Part shown: positions 9,271-18,779 of the stretch, piece by piece
Numbering within the stretch: position 1 is the first letter of the stretch
Layout of the letters: the number at the start of each line of letters is the position of its first letter
From: a candidate division WWE3 bacterium RIFOXYC1_FULL_40_10
Lineage (GTDB): Bacteria > Patescibacteriota > WWE3 > UBA101185 > UBA10185
Direction: 5' to 3'
Assembly: GCA_001773215.1 (NCBI GenBank)
Contig: MEWB01000001.1
Location: 742,099 to 806,098, forward strand
DNA length: 64,000 bases
Position numbers and translations under genes: made by a program
Notes under the pieces: generated by a model
What the model saw: only the letters and a program-made list of their open reading frames with translations
The model's database searches: none
What the model was told of the DNA's origin: nothing

Positions 9271-12129
9271 ATGCCAAAAGCAACTATTAATTCAAATCAA
9301 AAAAAAGCAATAGAACACAAAAGTGGAGCCTTATTGGTTGTTGCAGGCGCCGGCACAGGCAAAACCAGAGTAATAACAGAGCGAATCAAGTATTTAATCC
9401 AAAAACAGAAAGTTAACTCAAACAGTATACTTGCATTAACTTTTACCGAAAAAGCCGCCAAGGAAATGAGTGACAGAGTTGGAGATGTGATGCCTTTGGG
9501 CTACGAAGAACCATGGATAAACACTTTCCATTCTTTTGCAGATCGAATTTTAAAAAAAGACGGCCTTGAAATTGGCCTTAACCCCTCTTACAAAATTATC
9601 TCCGGGGCAGATCAATGGCTGTTGGTGAGAAGGAATCTTTTCAAATTTAAATTGGCATATTTTAGACCGATGGGAAACCCCACAAAATTTATTTCCGCCA
9701 TTTTAAGCTTTATCTCCCGTCTTCAGGATGAAAGTGTATCTGTGGAAGAGTTCACCGAATTTTCTAAGAAATTCCAAGGAGATGGATCACCCGAGAGTGA
9801 ACTCGAACAACAAAAATGGGCTGAATTGGCTCACGTTTATTCCGAGTACACACGTTTAAAATCAGAGAAATCAGTTCTAGACTTTGGTGACCTAATAACC
9901 AATACATTACTTTTATTTAAGTCGAGACCAAACATATTAAAGAAATACAAAGACCAGTTCAAGCATATTTTGGTCGACGAATTTCAGGATACCAACTATG
10001 CCCAGTACGATCTTATTAAAATGCTCTTCGATGCTTCGGAGCATGACAGAAGTTTACTAGTTGTGGGGGACGACTCCCAGTCCATTTATAAATTCAGAGG
10101 AGCTGCAGTTTCAAACATTTTACAGTTTAAAGAGGACTTTCCGAAAGCAGATATGGTGACTCTCGTAGACAACTATCGATCTACACAAGAAATATTAGAT
10201 CCGGCCTATAAACTGATAGTAAACAATAATCCGGATACTCTCGAATCTAAGTTGGGAATTTCCAAGGAACTTAAAAGCAAAATTGGCTACTCAAAGATAA
10301 GCCCCGAAGTAATAGAAGCCGAAAATCAGGAAGTTGAAAATGAACTTATTGTTCAAAAGATTCTTGAAATACTAGGCAAGGAGCCCCAGTTCACTTTTAA
10401 AGATTTCGCAATTTTAGCGAGGGCAAACAGCCATTTAGAGCCTATTATTTTAGCGTTAAGAAAGCATGAAATTCCCTACCAACTAGTAGGAAATCGAGGA
10501 CTTTACGACAGAGACGAAGTTAGAGACATAATTGCCTTCTTAAAAATATTAATTAACCCAATCGACAGTGTGAATTTATACAAAGTCTTAAATATTCCCA
10601 CACTACATATATCACATACAGTGGTAGCAAAACTTTTAGCTGATACAAAATTTAAAAAAGTGAGCCTATGGCAAAGCTTACAGGATTGTGACGACGATAA
10701 TACAAAAACACTCTTAAAAAAGATCACAGACCTGCAAACTCACATGGCGAAATTTATGCCTGCCGAATTGGTTTACGAGTTGGTTAACTCGATCAACTAT
10801 TTAAGCCAGTTTACCAAGGTCGAAACGGTTGATAACGTGCTTTGCATTAAAAACTTGGATCTATTTTTACAGAGAGTAAAGAAATTTGAAAACGATTTTT
10901 ACTCTGAAAAGCGTGATACACCTACAACAAATGATTTTGTAGATTACCTGGAATTAGTTGTTGAGGCCGGGGAAAACCCCGCACAAGCCGAAGTCGAAGA
11001 CATCGATACAGTAAACCTAATGACAGTACACGCCTCTAAAGGTTTGGAATTTCCTGTTGTATTTATGCCGGCTTTGATTGCCGGAAGATTTCCTACTCGC
11101 AATCGTAAAGACCCAATTATGATACCTGAGGAGTTAATAAGAGAAACCCTACCCACCGGAGACGAGCATATTCAAGAGGAGAGACGGTTATTTTACGTTG
11201 GGATGACAAGAGCCCAAAAATACTTGTTTTTAACTTACTCTATCGATTACGGAGGCAGGAGAGAGTCGACTCCAAGCGGATACCTTAACGAAATCGGAAT
11301 AACTACTCAAAAAGTATCCCCTACGGAGTTGTCTGCCGCTCGACAGAACAGTTTGTTTGGAATGGCAAGCACTTTTAGAGACCCACTTGCGCTCGAACCG
11401 AAAAGTTTTGTCCCTTACGTCTTGAGCTACTCTCAAATAGATAAATACGAAACCTGCCCTTTACAGTATAAATATGCTTATGTTCTAAGGATTCCGACCC
11501 TACCAAATTCAGCTCTAAGCTTCGGGAGCACAATCCATGACACCTTGCGAGACTTTCACACCAAAAAAACTTTTGATAAAAATGTAACTTACGAAGATTT
11601 AATGGAGATGTATAAGAATAACTGGCAACCGTTGGGTTATTTGGAGGCAGAACATCGGGAACAAAGGTTTGAGGATGGGAAAGACATATTACGCAGATAT
11701 TTTGAAAAGCATACTAACGAGGAAATTAAACACAAAGCTTTAGAAAAGAACTTTAACATTAAAATAGGAGATGTTAAATTTACCGGCCGAATTGACCGAA
11801 TGGATGATTTAGGTGATGGCAAAGTAGAAATTGTCGATTACAAAACAGGGCAGGCCAAATCCCAAAAAGAAGTAGATAAGGACGAACAGGTTACAACATA
11901 TGCAATTGCTGCAAAGGAGGCTTTTGGGCTGGAGGCGGAAAAGCTGAGCCTGTACTTTGTAGAATCCGGCGAGAAAATTTCAACTACCAGAACACAAGAG
12001 CAACTTGATGCAATGAAAGATAAGATCAGGCTAATTATCGAAAAAATGAAGCGAGGCGATTTTGAGGCCACTCCGGGGATTCACTGCAGCTGGTGTGATT
12101 TTAAGGAAATTTGCCCATTTGCACTATAG
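9271..12129 (+). CDS. UvrD/PcrA-family helicase fused to a C-terminal PD-(D/E)XK (AddA/AddB/RecB-like) nuclease with Fe-S cysteines
   Basis: AGAGTGKT, VDEFQD, GDDSQSIYKFRGA, HASKGLEF, EERRLFYVGMTRA; C-terminal CPLQY...GRIDRMD...IVDYKTG...CSWCDFKEIC. Confidence 0.92.
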   Translation: MPKATINSNQKKAIEHKSGALLVVAGAGTGKTRVITERIKYLIQKQKVNSNSILALTFTEKAAKEMSDRVGDVMPLGYEEPWINTFHSFADRILKKDGLEIGLNPSYKIISGADQWLLVRRNLFKFKLAYFRPMGNPTKFISAILSFISRLQDESVSVEEFTEFSKKFQGDGSPESELEQQKWAELAHVYSEYTRLKSEKSVLDFGDLITNTLLLFKSRPNILKKYKDQFKHILVDEFQDTNYAQYDLIKMLFDASEHDRSLLVVGDDSQSIYKFRGAAVSNILQFKEDFPKADMVTLVDNYRSTQEILDPAYKLIVNNNPDTLESKLGISKELKSKIGYSKISPEVIEAENQEVENELIVQKILEILGKEPQFTFKDFAILARANSHLEPIILALRKHEIPYQLVGNRGLYDRDEVRDIIAFLKILINPIDSVNLYKVLNIPTLHISHTVVAKLLADTKFKKVSLWQSLQDCDDDNTKTLLKKITDLQTHMAKFMPAELVYELVNSINYLSQFTKVETVDNVLCIKNLDLFLQRVKKFENDFYSEKRDTPTTNDFVDYLELVVEAGENPAQAEVEDIDTVNLMTVHASKGLEFPVVFMPALIAGRFPTRNRKDPIMIPEELIRETLPTGDEHIQEERRLFYVGMTRAQKYLFLTYSIDYGGRRESTPSGYLNEIGITTQKVSPTELSAARQNSLFGMASTFRDPLALEPKSFVPYVLSYSQIDKYETCPLQYKYAYVLRIPTLPNSALSFGSTIHDTLRDFHTKKTFDKNVTYEDLMEMYKNNWQPLGYLEAEHREQRFEDGKDILRRYFEKHTNEEIKHKALEKNFNIKIGDVKFTGRIDRMDDLGDGKVEIVDYKTGQAKSQKEVDKDEQVTTYAIAAKEAFGLEAEKLSLYFVESGEKISTTRTQEQLDAMKDKIRLIIEKMKRGDFEATPGIHCSWCDFKEICPFAL

Positions 12130-12159
12130 GTTGACGGAATACCTGCTTTGAGTTAAAAT
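12124..12159 (+). promoter_or_regulatory. Sigma70-type promoter with CTATAGG prefix
   Basis: CTATAGG-TTGACG-17 nt-TAAAAT. Confidence 0.65.
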
Positions 12160-12202
12160 ATCACAAATCCCAATAATTCAGTCGATAGAAAAGGAGCTGA
12201 AA

Positions 12203-12460
12203 ATGCTAATTTTTCAATTAGTTGCACCCATCGCGGCCGTGATGTTAGTTCTAATCATCGGCGGTTACTACGATAGAGCGGTCAAAGAGGCTTGTTATTT
12301 GAAACCGCAGGCCTCAGGAGAAGATCAACACGATGATTCTGAGCTGGATCACAGGATTAAGTTATACAGGTGCTTGCAAAAAGCGACCTTGTATTCCCTC
12401 ATCGAGGTTACACTGCTCGGTGCTCTCTTTATCACCCTGCTTTTCCCAGCACCGAAATGA
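12203..12460 (+). CDS. Small 2-TM orphan protein
   Basis: AAAAGGAG RBS; TM-loop-TM layout. Confidence 0.7.
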   Translation: MLIFQLVAPIAAVMLVLIIGGYYDRAVKEACYLKPQASGEDQHDDSELDHRIKLYRCLQKATLYSLIEVTLLGALFITLLFPAPK

Positions 12461-12491
12461 ACTTGGCTTGCAATAAGCAAAAAGGAGAAAC

Positions 12492-12761
12492 ATGGACGAA
12501 ATAGTTCTGCTTGTAACAAGGCTTATCGCGGGGGGAATAGCACTCGCTTTATTCCTGATAGGATTTTTGGCTGAGCTCAAATCGGACAAATATAAGGGCA
12601 TGGAGTCTAAGGCAAAACGCCAAAATATGCTAGGGGCGTCCAACAACTATAACGCCCTTGCTAAACGTTTCCGAATGACGGCGCGTTGGGCAATGTACTC
12701 TGGTTGGACATTCCTGGGGTTAGAGTTACTCCTGCTCCTATTTCCAATCCTGTGGAGGTAA
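12492..12761 (+). CDS. Small 2-TM orphan protein
   Basis: AAAAGGAG RBS; TM-loop-TM layout. Confidence 0.7.
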   Translation: MDEIVLLVTRLIAGGIALALFLIGFLAELKSDKYKGMESKAKRQNMLGASNNYNALAKRFRMTARWAMYSGWTFLGLELLLLLFPILWR

Positions 12762-12763
12762 AG

Positions 12764-13051
12764 GTGAACATTTACACCATATCTGTCTGGTACCTGGCAG
12801 CTTTCCTGTTTGCAGTATTTTCCTCGCTTCTGGCAAAAGTGTTTGCAGCAAGGAACTACAGGGACAGCTGTTTTGCGTTGCTGAGGGCTCTTAACTCAGA
12901 TTCCAACTCTAATTTAGGCCAGGTTTTCTTGAACGAATATGTTAGGTTCAAGCTAACAGCCCTAAATATGGAACTTGCTGCCGAGATATGTCTTTACTTT
13001 GTTTTTCTTGGCATGCTGTTGTTTGTTATTGTTTACCTAAGAACATTGTGA
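12764..13051 (+). CDS. Small 2-TM orphan protein
   Basis: GGAGG then GTG at 12764, in frame with the track ORF; TM-loop-TM layout. Confidence 0.65.
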   Translation: MNIYTISVWYLAAFLFAVFSSLLAKVFAARNYRDSCFALLRALNSDSNSNLGQVFLNEYVRFKLTALNMELAAEICLYFVFLGMLLFVIVYLRTL

Positions 13052-13058
13052 CCGATTC

Positions 13059-13097
13059 GGACCGGATGCTGAATTTTAGCAACCGGTCCTTTTGTTT
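13059..13097 (+). terminator. Intrinsic terminator
   Basis: GGACCGGATGCT/AGCAACCGGTCC stem followed by TTTTGTTT. Confidence 0.75.
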
Positions 13098-14024
13098 CTA
13101 CAAACTTGTTAGCGACCACTTGCTCAAAAGTCTCATCGTAGCACTTGTGTATTTTATATAAGGAAACTGCTGAGTTACTATTTCCCCGCCAAATTTTTCC
13201 TTAAAATGCGAGAAACCTCCCCAATTTTTGGTAAAACCGGGAAACCTGGGGTCGTCTAGTCCTTCCAGATCCAGATACATAAGCCCACACTTTTTTAGAT
13301 ATAAAATAGATTTCCACATCAACTCATATCCGGTATTTTGTCCTCTGCCTTTTGACGTAGTTCCCCCGGTAACAAATACCCCCGTTCCTTTATCAGCGAC
13401 AAAAAACTGCGCCCCCACAAGCTCTTTTTCTCCATCGTAAACAAAAACCATGTAGGCACTCTCTTTAAATGCCTTAACTCGCCCAAAGTAGTCGGACAAT
13501 GGCGGCATATAAAACTTTTTGGTTTGTGCGGTATTCTTAAAAACAGAAAAAGCTTTCTTAATAGTGTCCTCTTTAGGATATGTAAAAGTCTCCACCGTAG
13601 CACCCTCGCGCTGGGCTCGCCTAATAGCATACTTGCCACTTTTAGATATTTTTTTCCATAACTCTTCCTCACTGAGCTGTAAATTTATATACATTGTTTT
13701 AGTTGGAGTCTGTGGAAATCTGCTAACAACAAAACCCGCATTTAACAGTACCTGCTCATTTTGGCTCACTGAGGGTTCAATTTTAATAAAAGCCGCTTTT
13801 TGTTCCAAACAAATTTTTTCAATTTCCTCAATATCTGATTTATCCAAAACTCGGCATCTCTGAATCTTAACCAAACTTCCCAAAAGAAAAGGTTTAACTA
13901 AAATACCTACATCTTTGGATGTAAATATCATTTTCCACCCATAGATCGCCAGATAATCCCCCCACTTCTTCGACTGTCTGGGATCGGGAATAAAACTCAC
14001 CTCAGTGCTTTCAATATTTTCCAT
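13098..14024 (-). CDS. FemABX-family peptidoglycan interpeptide-bridge aminoacyltransferase
   Basis: QSxxWG, RYAIRRA-like segment, LDLEG, GFSHFKEKFGG. Confidence 0.85.
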   Translation of the reverse strand: MENIESTEVSFIPDPRQSKKWGDYLAIYGWKMIFTSKDVGILVKPFLLGSLVKIQRCRVLDKSDIEEIEKICLEQKAAFIKIEPSVSQNEQVLLNAGFVVSRFPQTPTKTMYINLQLSEEELWKKISKSGKYAIRRAQREGATVETFTYPKEDTIKKAFSVFKNTAQTKKFYMPPLSDYFGRVKAFKESAYMVFVYDGEKELVGAQFFVADKGTGVFVTGGTTSKGRGQNTGYELMWKSILYLKKCGLMYLDLEGLDDPRFPGFTKNWGGFSHFKEKFGGEIVTQQFPYIKYTSATMRLLSKWSLTSL

Positions 14025-14932
14025 CGGAGTTTGTTGGCAGTGTTAAATAAGTTGTATAAACCTGCATTTATCACTAAATCATACGAATCTATATAAATTA
14101 CGTGTTTTCCCCCAAATTTGGCTTTAAAGTTGCTAAAACCATAATACTGATCGGTTACATCATCGAGGTCAACAGCGGCCCCCCACATATCAAAGGTTTT
14201 AAAGTGATGCCTTTTGGCGTATAAAATTGCTTCCCAGCCTATTAAACAGCTTGCCTGTAAGTTCTTAAAATCTTCAGATGAACCTCCGTATGGATAATAA
14301 AGCGTATCCCCATAGGCAAGCAAAAACCATGAGGCTAAAATTTTCCCATCTATTTCCGCCGACAAAATCCTAACTTGGTCGTCAACTCCAAACAGCTCTC
14401 TAATTTTCCCGATATACTTTTTGGATCTGAAATAATATTTTTGCCTTTTGCCGGTGGCACTATATAGTTCGTAAAATTTATCGAAGGCTTTGTCTGAATG
14501 ATCTTCGGTTACCAGAACTCCTTTTTTCCTTGCATAGTTAATGTTGTACCTTTGCTTTGTATGAAGCTTACTATTTAATTCATCTTCCGATTGCGAAAGG
14601 TCTACTAGAAAATTTCCTTTAGCAAACTCATCTCGGGGAGAAACAACACAATGTCTTTTCAACACATCGGTCGCCAGGCTTTCTTCTTTTGTTCCTTTTA
14701 CAACATTGGGAACATCGAAATGTAAGGCTACACAATTGTTGTCTTCCAGAGATTTAACAAGTGGCACAAAGTCGACAACAAGAGGATCAACTCTTGGAGC
14801 ATAACCATAATACTTTCCCGAGAAAGGGATTGCATGTTTTGTGTACCAAACGTTACCGGCATTAACAACCGGAGTACCGAATTCCTCTTTAAATTTTGCC
14901 CAAAGCTGGGATTGCAAGATATGCCCTTCCAT
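13997..14932 (-). CDS. FemABX-family peptidoglycan interpeptide-bridge aminoacyltransferase
   Basis: HILQSQLWAKFK, RYNINYARKKGV, YPYGGSS, FDMWG, FKAKFGG. Confidence 0.9.
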   Translation of the reverse strand: MEGHILQSQLWAKFKEEFGTPVVNAGNVWYTKHAIPFSGKYYGYAPRVDPLVVDFVPLVKSLEDNNCVALHFDVPNVVKGTKEESLATDVLKRHCVVSPRDEFAKGNFLVDLSQSEDELNSKLHTKQRYNINYARKKGVLVTEDHSDKAFDKFYELYSATGKRQKYYFRSKKYIGKIRELFGVDDQVRILSAEIDGKILASWFLLAYGDTLYYPYGGSSEDFKNLQASCLIGWEAILYAKRHHFKTFDMWGAAVDLDDVTDQYYGFSNFKAKFGGKHVIYIDSYDLVINAGLYNLFNTANKLRWKILKALR

Positions 14933-14997
14933 ACCTTATATTGTCGCATAAAGATCGTTTATTGCAATTACGCAAAGACCCAAGGTATAATTGCCTG

Positions 14998-15102
14998 GAC
15001 AATTTAATATTTGTTCCGTTGGTGCGGGACAGGGAGAGTTCGGTGTTTTGGTAGAAAAATGCCGGACACAGCCCGGCAAACTGAAAAGGGAGTCGGGCTT
15101 TT
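14998..15102 (+). ncRNA. Candidate structured small RNA (three hairpins) with its own promoter
   Basis: TTGCAA-18-TATAAT at 14962-14991; stems at 15012-15031, 15039-15066 and 15070-15099, then a T tract; no ORF; both flanking genes are on the - strand. Confidence 0.45.
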
Positions 15103-15840
15103 CTATTCTAGAGGTTTTATATGATTTCCTACGTCGTATTCGAGTTTTTTTGTTTTAATATCGCCCTTTACCCAATAGTAAATGGTTCTTGGGACTTGGT
15201 ATTTAACAAAACCCCATCTTCCGTATTTATCTAGGCGTCTTACCGAAAACAATATCTTGGGATCTTTCAACAAAGCATAATTGAATCCGGCCTTATGCAT
15301 GTATTTCATCAAAGAAAAATCCTCCCCACACTCAATAGCTTCGTCAAATCCCCCAACCTGATCAAATGCCTCTTTTCTGCAGTATATAAATGTCCCGATT
15401 GCCCCAGGAGTGAAATGCTTAGTTGCTTCAAGATAAAGATTGGCGGTCGAATACAAAAGTCTATCGAACAATCTGTTTGAAATTGGCCGATTATGGGATG
15501 TTAACATATCCGTTTTAGGATGGCCTTTAAGATAATCGGAAAGTTTCTTTAGGAAATCAGGTTCCAATACGGTGTCGGCATCAAAAAAACATAAGTTATC
15601 AGTGGACGCTTTAGAAGCAGCGAAGTTTCTTTGAAAAGATATTCCCTTTTTTTCCGGCACAAATATTTTTAAATCCAGCTGGGCTTCGTATCCCTTTACA
15701 ACTTCCATTGTTTTGTCGGTGGATTTTCCATCCACTAGTATAACTTCAAAGTTTTTATATGTTTGCAAAATTAGGGAATCTAAAAGTTTTCCAACATAAA
15801 ATTCTTCGTTTAGAGTAATAATTAGTACACTTAATTTCAT
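15103..15840 (-). CDS. Glycosyltransferase family 2
   Basis: SVLIITLNEE, EVILVDGKSTD, RNFAA, FFDAD, GGFDE, GED. Confidence 0.9.
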   Translation of the reverse strand: MKLSVLIITLNEEFYVGKLLDSLILQTYKNFEVILVDGKSTDKTMEVVKGYEAQLDLKIFVPEKKGISFQRNFAASKASTDNLCFFDADTVLEPDFLKKLSDYLKGHPKTDMLTSHNRPISNRLFDRLLYSTANLYLEATKHFTPGAIGTFIYCRKEAFDQVGGFDEAIECGEDFSLMKYMHKAGFNYALLKDPKILFSVRRLDKYGRWGFVKYQVPRTIYYWVKGDIKTKKLEYDVGNHIKPLE

Positions 15841-15844
15841 CTCA

Positions 15845-16597
15845 TCAATTATACAACTTATACAAGTCAAGCCATTTACCCACACCTAGATCCTGTGGTC
15901 TAAGAGAAGGGTCAATTCCCGCATCTAACAAAAGCTGCTTATCGAACCGCTTATTAATCATTTTTCGAGGGCTACCAAAACCTTTGTGCAAAAAACCTTC
16001 ATACTTTTTGATAAATTCTCTCGTAAATTTCTCTTCTCCCTGCTTTTTCTCCAGTTTAATTATTGAACTGTCCACCTTGGGAACAGGGTAAAAACTCATA
16101 TTAGAAATTGTTTTCACGTAAGTGGTGTCGTAAAAGGTCTGCACGAACACAGATAAATATGAGGCATCCGGCTCCATTGCACAAACCTTTTCTCCCACCT
16201 CTTTTTGCACCATAAAAACAGCCTTTTTGGCCATATTATCGGTTTGTATTAAAGCATGAAGTATTGGAGAGGTTATGTAATAGGGAATAGAACCCAATAC
16301 TTTGTATGGCTTATTCGGGGAGTTTTGCGGCAACCATTTAAGAAAGTTGTCGTAGATAACCGTGATATTTTTGTTGTTACTGTACCTGGCTGTAAGTTGT
16401 GCTACCAACCGAGGGTCATATTCCACGGCTAATACAGTGCAATTTAATTTGGCCAGTCGGTCAGTTAACACTCCTGTTCCGGGTCCGATCTCGATAACAA
16501 AGTCATTATCGGTCAAACTTAACTCCTCAATCATCATGTTGGCAACTGTTGTGTCTTGCAAAAAATTCTGCCCTAAATTTTTAATTGGCTTTATCAC
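15845..16597 (-). CDS. rsmA: 16S rRNA m6(2)A dimethyltransferase
   Basis: KNLGQNFL, EIGPGTG, SIPYYITS, FYPVPKVDS; likely GTG start 7 nt after TATAAT. Confidence 0.95.
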   Translation of the reverse strand: MIKPIKNLGQNFLQDTTVANMMIEELSLTDNDFVIEIGPGTGVLTDRLAKLNCTVLAVEYDPRLVAQLTARYSNNKNITVIYDNFLKWLPQNSPNKPYKVLGSIPYYITSPILHALIQTDNMAKKAVFMVQKEVGEKVCAMEPDASYLSVFVQTFYDTTYVKTISNMSFYPVPKVDSSIIKLEKKQGEEKFTREFIKKYEGFLHKGFGSPRKMINKRFDKQLLLDAGIDPSLRPQDLGVGKWLDLYKLYN

Positions 16598-16612
16598 AAG
16601 GGAATTATACAT

Positions 16613-16646
16613 AAAAAATCCCCGAGGACTAAAATACATCCTCGGG
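16613..16646 (-). terminator. Intrinsic terminator downstream of pcrA
   Basis: CCCGAGGA/TCCTCGGG stem and T6 on the - strand. Confidence 0.7.
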
Positions 16647-16712
16647 AATAGAAACTACGGGCACACAGTAGCAACTAATGTCCCCAGAATAAGCAAGGGG
16701 GTCTTTCTACTT

Positions 16713-18650
16713 CTACTCCCAGCTAAAGTTTCCCCGATCAACCTCCATATCTCCCATATACTCATCCATCTCCAACTGTATTTTTCCTCCGGTTCCAAAC
16801 ATACCTTTAGCTTCCAATAGTTTCGGAGGAATTTCGTCTAAAAATCGGCTAGGCAAATTGGTTTGGATACTCCCAAAGTACATTCTCGACTGCGTATTAG
16901 TTAGATACAATGTGCTCATTGCCCTGGTAATTGCCACATATGCTAAACGGCGCTCCTCTTCAAGCTCCTCTAAACTTTCCATCGAATTACTATGAGGAAA
17001 CAAGCCCTCTTCTAGGCCAACAATAAATACCACTTTAAACTCCAAACCTTTTGCGGCATGAATAGTCATCAAAGTTACAGCGTCAAAGTTTTCCGGATCG
17101 GTTCTGTCGGCACTTTCAATCAGCGCAACATTCTCTAAGAACGTATCAAGCTCTTTAAACCTGGAAGCCACTGTTTTCAACTCTTTCACATTTTCTATTC
17201 TCTGTTTACTCTCGTCGGTTCCGTCGTCGAGCCAACCCAAATAGCCTGTTTTTTCTAAGACTTCCTCCATAATCTGTAAAGTTGGTTTTTCTTTTGAGGC
17301 GGCTGTCCAGTTGGAAAAAGGCAATTTGGTCTTGGCTTCCACATCAGCCAAATTCCACCCTTGAGAAGCTAACATATCCTGGGTTTTTTTACCTATCCCT
17401 CTTGCCGGAACGTTTATTATTCTGTCCCAAGAAACTTTATCCTTTGGATTATGGATCACCCGCAGGTATGCAATAATATCCTTAATTTCTTTGCGCGAAT
17501 AAAAACGCACACCTCCAACTATTTTATAGGGAATATTGGCGCTTATTAAGCTCTCCTCTAAATTTCGTGATTGTGCATTCGTTCGATATAGCACAGCAAT
17601 TTGTTTATAAGTCATCCCCCCGGCAATACCCGTCAATATTTGCTCCACTACAAAAGCCGCTTCTTCTTTTTCGCTCCTACCCGTGAAAACGGTTATTTTC
17701 TCTCCTGCTCCGTTGTCGGTCCACAACTCAAGCGGAATGTGCGATGTGTTCTGGGAAATCACCCGTGTTGCAGCATCAAGAATTGTTTGCGTAGATCTAT
17801 AATTTTGTTCCAAATTGTAAACCTTCGAATCAGGATAATCTTTTTCGAAGTTCATTATGTTGCGGTAATCAGCTCCTCGAAAGCTGTAAATTGCCTGCGA
17901 CATATCTCCTACCACAAACAAGTTGCGGTGCATCTGGGCAAGCATTTTTGCCAGGGTGTACTGGGCGTGGTTTGTATCCTGATATTCATCGATCAAAATA
18001 TACTTAAATAATTTTTGATACTTATCCAAAACCTGGGGTACTTCTCTAAACAACCTAACAGTTTCGCTTAAGAGATCATCAAAATCCATGGCCTCGTTAT
18101 CCCTTAATCGCTTTTGATATTCCGGGTAAATTTTGGCCGCTGTTTTTTGAAAATAGCCTTGTGCATATTTTTGATATGCCTCGGCGCTTACAAGCTCGGA
18201 TTTACAGCCTGATATTGTGCCAAGAACTGCCTTGGGATTAAATTTTTTGGCTTCTATACCAAAGTCTTTCATTATCGCTTTTATTACCGAAACCTGATCA
18301 TCTGTATCATATATTACAAAAGATGATGAAAGTCCCAGGTGCTTGCCATCTATCCGCAAAATGCGTGAACATATAGAATGAAAAGTGCCTCCCCAGCTTA
18401 ACTTAGCATTTTTCTCTAACAGATGTGTTACTCGGCTTTTTATCTCTCCGGCAGCCTTGTTGGTAAAGGTTACGCATAAGATGTTAATTTCAGGAATTTT
18501 ATGTTCATTGATTAAATACGCTACCCGGTGGGTTAAAACCCTAGTCTTTCCCGAGCCCGGACCGGCTACTACTAAAGCAGGGCCTGTGTAATGTTTTACT
18601 GCGGCTATTTGCTGAGGATTTAGGTTGTTTAATAGAGTTGTCGTATCCAC
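16713..18650 (-). CDS. pcrA: ATP-dependent DNA helicase PcrA/UvrD
   Basis: AGPGSGKT, IDEYQDTN, LEQNYRS, LYRTNAQSR, HAAKGLEF, EEERRLAYVAITRA; likely GTG start 7 nt after TATGAT. Confidence 0.95.
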   Translation of the reverse strand: MDTTTLLNNLNPQQIAAVKHYTGPALVVAGPGSGKTRVLTHRVAYLINEHKIPEINILCVTFTNKAAGEIKSRVTHLLEKNAKLSWGGTFHSICSRILRIDGKHLGLSSSFVIYDTDDQVSVIKAIMKDFGIEAKKFNPKAVLGTISGCKSELVSAEAYQKYAQGYFQKTAAKIYPEYQKRLRDNEAMDFDDLLSETVRLFREVPQVLDKYQKLFKYILIDEYQDTNHAQYTLAKMLAQMHRNLFVVGDMSQAIYSFRGADYRNIMNFEKDYPDSKVYNLEQNYRSTQTILDAATRVISQNTSHIPLELWTDNGAGEKITVFTGRSEKEEAAFVVEQILTGIAGGMTYKQIAVLYRTNAQSRNLEESLISANIPYKIVGGVRFYSRKEIKDIIAYLRVIHNPKDKVSWDRIINVPARGIGKKTQDMLASQGWNLADVEAKTKLPFSNWTAASKEKPTLQIMEEVLEKTGYLGWLDDGTDESKQRIENVKELKTVASRFKELDTFLENVALIESADRTDPENFDAVTLMTIHAAKGLEFKVVFIVGLEEGLFPHSNSMESLEELEEERRLAYVAITRAMSTLYLTNTQSRMYFGSIQTNLPSRFLDEIPPKLLEAKGMFGTGGKIQLEMDEYMGDMEVDRGNFSWE

Positions 18651-18708
18651 GAAGCATATCATAGGGCAAGGTAGGACCAAGCACAAGCTTTGAATAAATA
18701 AGGTTGAG

Positions 18709-18744
18709 CTATAGGTTGCCAGGAATTCCCCCTACTGGTATAAT
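18709..18744 (+). promoter_or_regulatory. Sigma70-type promoter with CTATAGG prefix
   Basis: CTATAGG-TTGCCA-17 nt-TATAAT. Confidence 0.65.
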
Positions 18745-18779
18745 CACTCAAATATTGGCTATTTAAAAGGAGCTGAGCA

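Noticed and set aside
15030-15100. Cobalamin riboswitch resemblance (AGGGA..CGGTG..CCG..ACAGCCC..ACTG..GAGTCGG)
   Set aside because: The match is loose, the T-loop and B12-box elements are not clear, and there is no downstream + strand gene to regulate. Kept only as an unknown sRNA candidate.
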